In this document: positions 28,040 through 37,261 of the stretch, one piece after another
How positions within the stretch are numbered: position 1 is the first letter of the stretch
Layout of the letters: every line of letters starts with the position of its first letter
Source of the DNA: Deferribacterales bacterium
GTDB lineage: Bacteria > Chrysiogenota > Deferribacteres > Deferribacterales > Geovibrionaceae
DNA: 64,000 nt
Assembly: GCA_050251945.1 (NCBI GenBank)
Contig: JBFWLW010000001.1
Coordinates: forward strand, 1-64,000
Reading direction: 5' to 3'
Translations under genes and position numbers: made by a program
Notes under the pieces: generated by a model
Databases searched by the model: none
The model's input: the letters and a program-made list of their open reading frames with translations, nothing else
What the model was told of the DNA's origin: nothing

Positions 28040-28041
28040 GC

Positions 28042-29769
28042 ATGAACGAAATAAAAAGACTTTGCGAAGATGTCGCCAATAAGGTAGCAGCAGGCGAAGT
28101 CGTTGAGCGTCCTTATAATGTCGTAAAAGAGCTGATGGAAAACTCTGCCGATGCCGGTGCGGACAGTCTGTCCGTTGTTGTTGAAAACGGCGGGGCAGGG
28201 TATATAAGCGTTACGGACAACGGAAAAGGCATAGTGCCGGACGACCTGCCTCTGGCGGTTGAACGGTTTGCCACCAGCAAGATATCAACAGTTGAGGACG
28301 TATACCGCGTATCAACCTTTGGGTTCCGCGGCGAGGCGCTGGCGGCGATATCATCCGTTTCCGATTTTTCCATCCGCTCATTCCGCAAAGGGTACATAGG
28401 CGCGGAACTGCGCATAAAATACGGCGAAAAATCCGATATCCTCCCCGCTCCCATGCAGGAGGGGACAAGGGTTGAGGTTAAGTCGCTGTTTGCCAACGTT
28501 CCAGCGCGTCTGAAATTCTTCAAAAATTACCAGACAGAAGAGAAGGAGATAGCACGCTTCGTGCGGCAGTTTTCCGTCATAAACCCTCATGTATCCGTTG
28601 AACTGGATATAAACGGCAAACGGGTATATTCCGCCGATAAGTCCGAAGATATGCTGAAGCGCGCGAAAAAGGTGTTTCAGGAGACGGAAGTTGTTTACGG
28701 CGAAAACGAGTTTGAAGATATGAATGTAAAGGCGGCGGTCACTCTGCCGTCGGTGCATAAATTCCGCAAAGACATGATAATCATAGGCATCAACGGGCGG
28801 GTTGTAAAAGATCTTTCTCTGGTACAGGCTGTAATAACAGCTTATCACAGACTTATCCCCGACGGAAAGTTTCCCGCGGCGGCGATATCCCTTCATATGG
28901 ATCCTGAAAAAGTAGATGTGAATGTCCATCCGGCAAAGACAGTTGTTAAGCTGCTGGATTCAAGAGAGATATTCAGCTTCGTACATAACACAGTCAAAAA
29001 GATTCTGGAAGAGGCAGGCAGGGAGACGGGCGAGCAGATGCGCGCGCCGGAACCTGTTTACAAGCCTGTCACGGTTTACGAATCAAAATATAACGAAAAG
29101 AACTATTCAAAAGATACTGTGCGCAGTTTTGACATGGCGAAGGAACTTGAAACAGTTCAGTATTCTGCGCGTGCCGAAGATGCCGTGAAGATTCCGGACG
29201 TTCCCGAAGAGGAGAGGGTGCGCGTCGTCGGTCAGCTTTTCAACACTGTGATAGTGTGTGAAAAGGGGGATGAGGCGTTTTTCATTGACCAGCACGTTGC
29301 ACACGAACGGGTACTTTACGAAAAATATCTTGAGGAAAAGACCGTTTCCGTACCTTCCATAGTGCTTTACGAGCCTATCCTTATAGACGTTACTGAGGAC
29401 GAGGCTGATATCATTGAAAAAGGTTCTGAAGTGCTTTCCGCATTCGGATATGATATAGAACCTTTTGGCGGGAACAGCCTTAAGGTCAGCCGTGTGCCTT
29501 CCGACGTTCTGAACCGCGACATTTCAAAAGAGATACGCGAAATTCTCGCAGATATGATAGAGAACCGCAAGGACAGCAGTGTTGACTACCGCGTGATTGT
29601 CATGAGCTGTAAGAACGCCGTAAAAGCCGGAGACAAGCTTGAGATGCACGAGATGCGCAAGATAGTGGACGACCTTTTCCACACATCAAACCCCTATACA
29701 TGTCCCCACGGCAGACCCATAGTCTTTAAAATGGACAGGGCTTGGCTGTTCAGGAAATTTGACAGATGA
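28042..29769 (+). CDS. mutL: DNA mismatch repair endonuclease MutL
   Basis: AAGEVVERP, GFRGEAL, DVNVHP, DQHVAHER, CPHGRP. Confidence 0.97.
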   Translation: MNEIKRLCEDVANKVAAGEVVERPYNVVKELMENSADAGADSLSVVVENGGAGYISVTDNGKGIVPDDLPLAVERFATSKISTVEDVYRVSTFGFRGEALAAISSVSDFSIRSFRKGYIGAELRIKYGEKSDILPAPMQEGTRVEVKSLFANVPARLKFFKNYQTEEKEIARFVRQFSVINPHVSVELDINGKRVYSADKSEDMLKRAKKVFQETEVVYGENEFEDMNVKAAVTLPSVHKFRKDMIIIGINGRVVKDLSLVQAVITAYHRLIPDGKFPAAAISLHMDPEKVDVNVHPAKTVVKLLDSREIFSFVHNTVKKILEEAGRETGEQMRAPEPVYKPVTVYESKYNEKNYSKDTVRSFDMAKELETVQYSARAEDAVKIPDVPEEERVRVVGQLFNTVIVCEKGDEAFFIDQHVAHERVLYEKYLEEKTVSVPSIVLYEPILIDVTEDEADIIEKGSEVLSAFGYDIEPFGGNSLKVSRVPSDVLNRDISKEIREILADMIENRKDSSVDYRVIVMSCKNAVKAGDKLEMHEMRKIVDDLFHTSNPYTCPHGRPIVFKMDRAWLFRKFDR

Positions 29770-30671
29770 GAATACCTGTCGTAACTGGTCCCACGGCAAC
29801 AGGCAAAACCGCCGCCGTTCTGGGGCTTGCCAAAGATAACCCCATAGAGATAATCAGTGCCGACGCTTATCAGGTTTACAGACACATGGACATAGGCACG
29901 GCGAAAGCTTCTGCGGAGGAGCTTGCAAGCGTGCCGCACCATCTGATTGACGTTATGAATCCAGATGAGACCTATTCCGCAGGAATATTTTTCGAGCAGG
30001 CGGAGCGTATCATTGCGGATGTGCTTTCACGGGGCAAAATACCTGTTATCGCTGGCGGAACCGGACTTTACATAGAATCACTTCAAAAAGGCATATTCGC
30101 CGCACCTGAAAGGGACAGAGACCTCAGAGAGGAACTTGAGAGGGATGCTGAAATCAGAGGATATGAGGCGCTGCATGCGGAACTTATGATTATAGATCCC
30201 GAATTTGCCGCCAATGTAAAACCTGCGGACAGAACGCGCATCGTGCGCGGGCTGGAACTTAACCGACAGCTGGGAATGAACGTTAAAGATGCCCAGAGAA
30301 AATATCATCGCAATCCCGCATACGAATATGATATATTTGTTATAGGCGGCGACAGACAGCTCATTTATGATCGAATAAACTCAAGAGTTGTTAAGATGCT
30401 TGAAAGCGGCTGGGCGGTCGAAGTGAGAAAACTGCTGGAAATGGGTTACGACGAATCAATGGATTCCTTCAAAGCGATAGGTTACAGGGAAATAGCCGGA
30501 TGTATCCGCAGCGGTAACGATATATTTTCAGTTTGCGAGAGGATACAGACAGCAACAAGAAACTTCGCAAAACGTCAACTGACATGGTTTCGGCATATGC
30601 AGAACACTACGCATGCAGACATGCTCGACACTCAGCTGGTAAAAATACTTTCAAGAGCTATTTTCTCTTGA
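29766..30671 (+). CDS. miaA: tRNA dimethylallyltransferase
   Basis: GPTATGKT, DIGTAK, GGTGLY, AIGY, FAKRQLTWF. Confidence 0.97.
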   Translation: MRIPVVTGPTATGKTAAVLGLAKDNPIEIISADAYQVYRHMDIGTAKASAEELASVPHHLIDVMNPDETYSAGIFFEQAERIIADVLSRGKIPVIAGGTGLYIESLQKGIFAAPERDRDLREELERDAEIRGYEALHAELMIIDPEFAANVKPADRTRIVRGLELNRQLGMNVKDAQRKYHRNPAYEYDIFVIGGDRQLIYDRINSRVVKMLESGWAVEVRKLLEMGYDESMDSFKAIGYREIAGCIRSGNDIFSVCERIQTATRNFAKRQLTWFRHMQNTTHADMLDTQLVKILSRAIFS

Positions 30672-30750
30672 ATTAGAACTGTATTTTGGATAAAGTATAA
30701 AATATTGTTAACACAATTTTACTTATTTTTCTGTTTTTAGGGGGCTCGTA

Positions 30751-30975
30751 ATGAGCAAGAAAATCAATATTCAAGATGTGTTCCTGAACCACCTTAGAAA
30801 AAAACGCATACCTATGACAGTGTATCTGGTCAACGGCGTCAAGATTGAAGGCGTTATCAAGGGGTTCGACAACTTTGTGATTATTATGAAAGATGAATCT
30901 CAGAAAATGATCTACAAACACGCTATCTCAACAATTGAGCCTTCTGAGGAAATCCTCGAACTCGAAATGAACTGA
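30751..30975 (+). CDS. hfq: RNA chaperone Hfq
   Basis: QDVFLN, YLVNGVK, FDNF, YKHAIST. Confidence 0.97.
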   Translation: MSKKINIQDVFLNHLRKKRIPMTVYLVNGVKIEGVIKGFDNFVIIMKDESQKMIYKHAISTIEPSEEILELEMN

Positions 30976-31553
30976 TGGTTACAGGCGGCGGATTCAGGCA
31001 GACCGGAAAGGTCATATTCTTTAATGCGGTTCTTTACAGCAAAGACCATGTAAAAGACCCTGATGAGTTCGCTCGTCCTCTTTTCGGGGATCCTATCCTT
31101 AAGTCTGCGGAGTTCGATTTTTCGCACACCTCCTATTATGAACCGGAGATGGGCGCAAATCTCGCAAAATATTTTGCGCTCTACGATCTTGTGGAACATC
31201 CCGACAATCTGCCGGATTATAAGATACATGCGGTGAGCATAGAAGATTCGCTCGCCATAGGCAAACACAGGGTTATCAACATCGACCCAGGTTATGTTGC
31301 CATGGAAAAAATTATTGCAGCAAGTACAAAGAACTTTACCCACAGAATATATCTGCGCGATAATATCTATGGCGATCTGCAGCTTTACCGCAGAAAAGGT
31401 TCGTATGTACCACTTGAATGGACGTTTCAGGACTATCAGTTCGATTTTGTCTTAGGTTTTTTTGAAAAAGCCAGAAAAATTCTCGAACAGCGTATAGGAA
31501 TGCCTGAAACCTGTGGTATAATTCAGGAAAAGAAAAGACCCGACAGGCGTTAA
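30975..31553 (+). CDS. Conserved protein, DUF4416-like
   Basis: YYEPEMG, RVINIDPGY, STKNFTHRIYL, WTF.DY pattern. Confidence 0.75.
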   Translation: MVTGGGFRQTGKVIFFNAVLYSKDHVKDPDEFARPLFGDPILKSAEFDFSHTSYYEPEMGANLAKYFALYDLVEHPDNLPDYKIHAVSIEDSLAIGKHRVINIDPGYVAMEKIIAASTKNFTHRIYLRDNIYGDLQLYRRKGSYVPLEWTFQDYQFDFVLGFFEKARKILEQRIGMPETCGIIQEKKRPDRR

Positions 31554-31859
31554 ATGAAGACCAACATAGTTTTTGTCGTCATAATAGGCGTTCTGATTTT
31601 TTATATGGTGTTCGGACACAACGGCATCCTGAAATACAGGGAACTTGCCTCTATCCGTGCGTCCTATGAAAAGCGTATCGAAGAGACCGACAAGAAGGTC
31701 AAAGACCTTACGGATGAGCTTAATCTCGTGCGTAAAGACAAAGACTACCTTGAAATGCTCATCAAAAAAGATCTGAATATGAAAAAACAGGATGAAGACC
31801 TCTATATCCTTGAGCATAAAGACAAACAGTCTGAGAAAAAATCAGAAAAATCCAAATGA
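31554..31859 (+). CDS. ftsB: Septum formation initiator (FtsB/DivIC family)
   Basis: N-terminal TM, G..G, coiled coil, YLE..IKKDLNMKKQDE. Confidence 0.8.
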   Translation: MKTNIVFVVIIGVLIFYMVFGHNGILKYRELASIRASYEKRIEETDKKVKDLTDELNLVRKDKDYLEMLIKKDLNMKKQDEDLYILEHKDKQSEKKSEKSK

Positions 31860-33358
31860 ATAAGTATACCGTCACGGAACTCACAAGGACTGTTAAACAG
31901 CTTCTTGAGGGTACCTTCAAAGACAATATCGCAGTTAAAGGCGAAATATCCAGTTTTTCAGTATCTCCTGCCGGACACCTGTATTTCGTTCTGAAAGATG
32001 AAAAATCACAGATAAAATGCGTTATGTTCAAAGGTTCCGCTATGACTATGCGGGACTATAATCCCAAAAACGGCGACAGTGTTGAGGCGATAGGCGAGCT
32101 TACGGTTTATGAGGCGGGCGGAAACTATCAGCTTCTGGTGAAACGGATGGATTACGATTCCGTCGGGCTGTTCTGGAAGCTTTTTGAAGAGGTCAAACGT
32201 AAACTTGAAGCGGAAGGACTTTTTGATGAGAGCCGCAAAAAGACCGTCCCCGTTCTGCCTAAAAGGGTTGCGGTTGTGACCTCTGCCACCGGAGCCGCTA
32301 TTAAGGATTTTCTGGTCACAATGAAGAACACAGGAGGCGTTTTTGCCGTGGATGTGTGGTCTGTGCCTGTTCAGGGCAAAGATGCCATTGCGCCCATCGT
32401 AAAAGCGCTTAACACCGCAGGAGCTATGACAGGCAGATATGACGTTCTTGTGCTTATGCGCGGCGGCGGTTCTCTGGAAGACCTTGCAGTGTTCAACGAG
32501 GAACAGGTGGCAAGGGCGCTTTCGGCATGCGCCGTGCCGACTGTCAGCGCCATAGGACACGAACGGGATTTTTCCATATGTGATTTTGTTGCAGACGTCA
32601 GGGTCGCGACACCCACAGCGGCTGCGGCTCAGCTTTCCGCAGGGTATGTGAACGCCGTGCGGGATATCGACAGTCACAGAAAGCGTATGGCGGAGCTGAC
32701 GCTTAACAGACTTTATCAGCAGGTGCAGAGACTTGACATGCTTCATGCCGGCGTTATAGCCGCGTCGCCTCTGCACAGGATAAACAGAGACAGGCAGAGG
32801 CTGGCTTTTCTTGATAAGTCATTGATGTCTGAGATAAAAGAAATAATAAATAAAAAAAACATACATTTATCCGAACTTACTGGTATACTACATTCATTGT
32901 CGCCCGCTGCAAGGGCACAAAAAGACCGCAGAAATCTGGACGGTCTTTTGTCTGTTATGCGGGAAAAAACGCTTGCAAATCTGAACAGAACCTCTGTTCG
33001 GGCGGACAGGCTTAACGCAAGGATTTCATTGCTCTCCCCTATTAGGAGTGCTGAAAAATACATGAACGCCGTTGAAAGGCTGGAAAGCAGAATGTCTGTT
33101 TCTGTGCAGAGAAGGACGGCGGAAAACAAAGCTAGACTTGAACCCCTGATGGCGAAGCTATACACGCTTAATCCCGACAATCTTCTGGAAAAAGGTTACG
33201 CGCGGGTGACGCTGAACAAAAAAGTTATAAGCAGCGTATTTGATGTGCGTTTGCAAGATGAGCTTGAAATAAGGCTGAAGGACGGGTATATTAGCAGCTT
33301 CGTAACCGGTAGGAAAGTCTCGGAGGACAAGGATGGAAAGAATCCCGATCACGACTGA
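31856..33358 (+). CDS. xseA: Exodeoxyribonuclease VII large subunit
   Basis: GEISS, GHLYFVLKD, EGLFD, TSATGAA, RGGGSLEDL, GHERD, TPTAAA. Confidence 0.95.
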   Translation: MNKYTVTELTRTVKQLLEGTFKDNIAVKGEISSFSVSPAGHLYFVLKDEKSQIKCVMFKGSAMTMRDYNPKNGDSVEAIGELTVYEAGGNYQLLVKRMDYDSVGLFWKLFEEVKRKLEAEGLFDESRKKTVPVLPKRVAVVTSATGAAIKDFLVTMKNTGGVFAVDVWSVPVQGKDAIAPIVKALNTAGAMTGRYDVLVLMRGGGSLEDLAVFNEEQVARALSACAVPTVSAIGHERDFSICDFVADVRVATPTAAAAQLSAGYVNAVRDIDSHRKRMAELTLNRLYQQVQRLDMLHAGVIAASPLHRINRDRQRLAFLDKSLMSEIKEIINKKNIHLSELTGILHSLSPAARAQKDRRNLDGLLSVMREKTLANLNRTSVRADRLNARISLLSPIRSAEKYMNAVERLESRMSVSVQRRTAENKARLEPLMAKLYTLNPDNLLEKGYARVTLNKKVISSVFDVRLQDELEIRLKDGYISSFVTGRKVSEDKDGKNPDHD

Positions 33359-33806
33359 AGGGTATGCAACACTTAAAAAAGAACTGGAAAAACTCAAGTC
33401 TGTTGATAGAAAAGAGGTTGTTCTCGCTATCGAAGAGGCGAGAAGCCACGGCGACCTCAGCGAAAATGCCGAATATGATGCTGCAAAAGAACGTCAGGGT
33501 ATGATCGAAGCGCGTATTGCCGAGCTTGAAAGCAAAATGGGCAGATTTCAGGTTATTGATACCACAGCGCTTTCCGGTGAAAAGATTGTTTTCGGAGCCA
33601 CTGTGGTTATTGAGAATGTGGAAACTTCCGAAAAGAAAAAATATAAGATAGTCGGTCCCGACGAGGCTAACATCTCCAAAGGTACCGTATCCATCATGTC
33701 GCCCCTTGCGAGAGCTCTTGTGAACAAGAAAGCTGGCGATGAGGTTGTCGTTCAGGCACCCGGCGGCGATATTGAATATGAGATCCTTTCTGTAGACTTC
33801 AACTGA
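33333..33806 (+). CDS. greA: Transcription elongation factor GreA
   Basis: ARSHGDLSENAEYDAAK, SPLARAL. Confidence 0.97.
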   Translation: MERIPITTEGYATLKKELEKLKSVDRKEVVLAIEEARSHGDLSENAEYDAAKERQGMIEARIAELESKMGRFQVIDTTALSGEKIVFGATVVIENVETSEKKKYKIVGPDEANISKGTVSIMSPLARALVNKKAGDEVVVQAPGGDIEYEILSVDFN

Positions 33807-33814
33807 TAATGATA

Positions 33815-33852
33815 CGCCCCTGCAAATCTTTGCGGGGGCGCTCTCTTTCTTT
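33815..33852 (+). terminator. Intrinsic terminator after greA
   Basis: cgcccctgcaa-atct-ttgcgggggcg plus U-rich tail. Confidence 0.7.
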
Positions 33853-33934
33853 AATTTCCCTTTAATGTTCTTTTTCCCTCGAAACGTCAGCCCATGCGTT
33901 GTATATTGGTGGTATAAAATTCAGGGAGACGGAT

Positions 33935-35488
33935 ATGAAAGTTTTTTTTACGATCGCCTTGTCGTGCGTTTTGATATCCCATGCTTATGCTGCCGGCAGT
34001 TTTGAAGACTACAGAAAGTCTGTTATGGGTGAATATCAAAACTATCTGGACGAGATGGACAGGCAGTTTTCCGCCTTTCTGAAACAGCAGTGGAAAGAAT
34101 ATAAAGGTCAGAAACCCGTTAAACAGTATGAGGAACCGAAACCTGTTGTTCAGCCCGTGACAAAACCGGAAGTTAAACCCGAACCTGTAAAAATCGTTCC
34201 CAAGCCTGTGCCTGCTCCTGTTGTGGTGCCTGCACCGAAACCGGAACCTGTCAAAGAACTGCCGAAAGCAGAAACTCCGAAACCGACAGTTAAGCCGAAA
34301 GAGGAGCCTGCAGAACCGAAAGAACCGCAGCCGTCTTTCAGCGGCGAAATTCCTGAACCTACACCTTTTTATGCTCCTGTTCAGGAAGGGGACACAGTTG
34401 ATCTGACATTTTTCGGTCTCAGTGTCAGAATACCTTACGACAGAAAAATTAAAACCAGCGTACAGAAGCCGATATCTTCCGATAATGTAGCAAAATGGTG
34501 GGAGTCTGTGGCTTCTGCCGATTATGGCAAATCACTCAAAGTTCTTGATAAAACAGCAAAAGACGCAAGCCTGAGTGACTGGGGATACGTCATGCTTGTA
34601 GACAGGTTCACTTCAAAACTGATGTTTGATGCTTCGGAACAGAAGATGCTGGCGTGGTTTTTCCTTGTGAAAAGCGGCTATAATGCGAAACTGGGATATA
34701 CCAAATCAGGCTATACGAAACTGATGCTGCCTGCCGATGCCAGCCTGTACGATATCTCTTTCTATACATTCGATAATAAAAAATTCTACCTGGTGAATAC
34801 GCTGGAAAAGATAAGCACATCAACAGACCCGCTTTATACCTATAAAGGCAACTATCCTACAGCTACTAAATCCGTAAGTTTTACGGGAATGAAACAGCCT
34901 AAGCTTTCTTTTGCGCGTTTCGACAGAGACCTTACGTTTGAATATGACAGGAACAAATACACCGTAAAAGCTGTGGCGAATAAATATGACATTGCTTATC
35001 TGACATCCTTCCCGCAGACCGATCTGCCTGTTTATACTTCCGCATCTGTTCCTCAGTGGGTCGATAAAACGGTTCTGCCGACTCTTACAACCATAATTCA
35101 GGGCAAATCCACGGAAGAGAGCATAAATATCCTTCTGCGCTTTGTGCAGACCGCGTTCCCCTACAAAACTGACGACCAGCAGTTCGGTAAAGAAAAATCC
35201 TTCTATGCGGAAGAGATAATCTATTATCCCTACAGCGATTGCGAAGACAGAAGTATATTCTTTGCGTATCTCGTTGAAAAACTGCTGAAAAAAGACGTTG
35301 TGCTTCTGAATTATCCCGACCACGTTGCAACTGCTGTTGATATGGGTGACAAAACTGTCGGCGCATATCTTCCATATAAAGGCAAAAAATATACTGTAGC
35401 CGACCCGACATATATCAATGCAACTGTGGGCATGGTAATGCCTCAGTATAAAACGGTTAGTCCCGAAATAGAGGAAACAGGCATTTAG
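33935..35488 (+). CDS. Secreted protein with Pro/Lys-rich linker and C-terminal transglutaminase-like Cys-protease domain
   Basis: Signal peptide; PKP/EP linker; SDCEDRS ... DHVA ... ADPT putative Cys-His-Asp triad. Confidence 0.7.
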   Translation: MKVFFTIALSCVLISHAYAAGSFEDYRKSVMGEYQNYLDEMDRQFSAFLKQQWKEYKGQKPVKQYEEPKPVVQPVTKPEVKPEPVKIVPKPVPAPVVVPAPKPEPVKELPKAETPKPTVKPKEEPAEPKEPQPSFSGEIPEPTPFYAPVQEGDTVDLTFFGLSVRIPYDRKIKTSVQKPISSDNVAKWWESVASADYGKSLKVLDKTAKDASLSDWGYVMLVDRFTSKLMFDASEQKMLAWFFLVKSGYNAKLGYTKSGYTKLMLPADASLYDISFYTFDNKKFYLVNTLEKISTSTDPLYTYKGNYPTATKSVSFTGMKQPKLSFARFDRDLTFEYDRNKYTVKAVANKYDIAYLTSFPQTDLPVYTSASVPQWVDKTVLPTLTTIIQGKSTEESINILLRFVQTAFPYKTDDQQFGKEKSFYAEEIIYYPYSDCEDRSIFFAYLVEKLLKKDVVLLNYPDHVATAVDMGDKTVGAYLPYKGKKYTVADPTYINATVGMVMPQYKTVSPEIEETGI

Positions 35489-35545
35489 ACCGTTTATGAA
35501 ATTTATGTCATAGTTTATGGGATGATAACAGGATCATATAAAGAT

Positions 35546-35914
35546 GAGATCGCGTCGGGCAACGCCCTCGCAAAACTGAACGAAATTAAGTCTCTGCGAG
35601 GAACGAGGTGACGAAGCAGTCTCGTATTCCACCTCCTTTGTCTAAAGGGAGGCTTAAGTGAAAAAATATCAAAAACAAATCAAATGAGATCGCGTCGTCG
35701 CTGAAGCTCCTCGCGAAGACGTTTTTCTCTGCCCGTCTCTGCGAACCCTGCATGGGGGAAGCAGTCTCAATTCTTATAATACGCGACATTATTTATGAGA
35801 TATGTTTGAGCGACGTGAGGCTTTTGCCGAGCATAGCGTTGGCGAAATTTTTCCATGGGTGGAGAAAATTTCGTGGTTATTTGATCGCTTCGGGCATACC
35901 GCCCTCGCGAAGAC
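35546..35914. repeat. Mosaic repeat cluster: two REP doublets, one single unit, two other hairpin types
   Basis: Units at 35546-35623, 35686-35768, 35883-35914; cctcctttgtctaaagggagg at about 35632-35652; cgaaatttttcca..tggagaaaatttcg at 35843-35873. Confidence 0.8.
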
Positions 35915-35946
35915 GGGCGCAACTCTTTAATGATTATGTTGGATGT

Positions 35947-36375
35947 TTAATTTTTTCTTTTGAACTGGATGACGTTGTTGCCGGAAGAGGGCGCATCTTC
36001 TGAAGAATCATCAAAATCTTCAGTTTTTTCCTCTTTTTCGATAGGTTTGGGTGCTGTTTTTCTGTTTTGAGGTTTAAAGCTGAACATGAATTCAGGCTTG
36101 ACCGGATCGTTGAATATCGCGCTGACGGCATCCACCGGAATATAAAGGCTTTCCCAGCTTCCTGAAAATTTCATATTCACCAAAATGCTGTCTTCTTCCA
36201 TGTCGAGTTTGTCATATGAATATGAGCTGAAAACAAGCACTATGCCGTTCTTTTTTTCTTCACCTATCAGACCGCGGGAGCCTATGATAAGTTCCGGATG
36301 CGGCATAAGGTGTATAAAGAATTTTTCGTAATTGTTCAGTATTTCTTTTAAAACGTTCAGTCTGAAATCAGTCAT
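35947..36375 (-). CDS. SspB-like ClpXP adaptor / stringent starvation protein B family
   Basis: LVF...L.M.ED.I.V.MKFSG.WESLYIP.DAV.AI.ND, acidic linker, NNVIQFK tail; ATG behind a leaderless-type promoter. Confidence 0.7.
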   Translation of the reverse strand: MTDFRLNVLKEILNNYEKFFIHLMPHPELIIGSRGLIGEEKKNGIVLVFSSYSYDKLDMEEDSILVNMKFSGSWESLYIPVDAVSAIFNDPVKPEFMFSFKPQNRKTAPKPIEKEEKTEDFDDSSEDAPSSGNNVIQFKRKN

Positions 36376-36437
36376 GAAAACAGAATACAATAGTTAACAT
36401 CGACAGTCAACGCCAAGGTTTGCGCAAATGCCAATTA

Positions 36438-37124
36438 CTAGCCTATAATCATTTTCTGGCTTTCTACAAGCTGTTTAAGAGATGAAAAATCATTTCTTGC
36501 CTGACTGATCATCTTTGCAAAAACCTCTGCCGTGGCGAGGGCATCTCCAAGTGCGGTGTGGCGTCCGTTGCAGACGACCTTATACTTTTCAAGGAGGTAA
36601 TCAAGGCTGACATGTTCCTCTTTTTTCCTTATTGATCTGGAATAGATGAACATAGTGTCCAGCCATTGATTGTGGAGCGCACATCCGTAGCAGTCCTCAA
36701 GTTCTTTGTTTATCATTTTTAAGTCGAAATTTATGTGGTGTCCGACTATGACGGAACTGCCGACAAAATTAATGAAATCCGGCAGAACCTCACCGGCAGT
36801 GGGTTTGTCAGCCACCATTTCGTCGGTGATATTATGCCATTTTATAGATTCAACAGGGATAGAAATTTCAGGGTTTATGAATGAGTTATAGAAGTCTATT
36901 ATCTTAAAGTTCTGCACTTTTACGGCAGCTACATTAATTATTTTTGCGGTGGTGAGGTCGAGTCCTGTGGTTTCGGTGTCAACAACGGAAAACACAGTAT
37001 TTTCGATACTTTCATCCAGTGTTATATTTTTAGCAAAATTATCACACAGCTTATTAACATAGACAGATATGGGGTCTTTGGCTTTTTCTGCGGCAGTTTT
37101 TTTATTGAAAAATTTACCTATCAT
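36438..37124 (-). CDS. DEDDh 3'-5' exonuclease (DnaQ/PolC-like)
   Basis: VVDTETTG, HHINFD, DT, HTALGDA. Confidence 0.9.
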   Translation of the reverse strand: MIGKFFNKKTAAEKAKDPISVYVNKLCDNFAKNITLDESIENTVFSVVDTETTGLDLTTAKIINVAAVKVQNFKIIDFYNSFINPEISIPVESIKWHNITDEMVADKPTAGEVLPDFINFVGSSVIVGHHINFDLKMINKELEDCYGCALHNQWLDTMFIYSRSIRKKEEHVSLDYLLEKYKVVCNGRHTALGDALATAEVFAKMISQARNDFSSLKQLVESQKMIIG

Positions 37125-37261
37125 GTCGCTGAACCTTGTAATGAAATGCTATTTTATTTAGAGTTATTGTAAAACCAAAACAGATTTATTGCAATATGCT
37201 TTCTCGTGTATTAGTGTATATTTTAGCGTTGCGGTGAAAAGACACAGCGTATGAGGAATTT

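Noticed and set aside
35546..35914. Possible CRISPR array
   Set aside because: Units alternate in orientation, vary internally and are irregularly spaced; no cas genes in the window.
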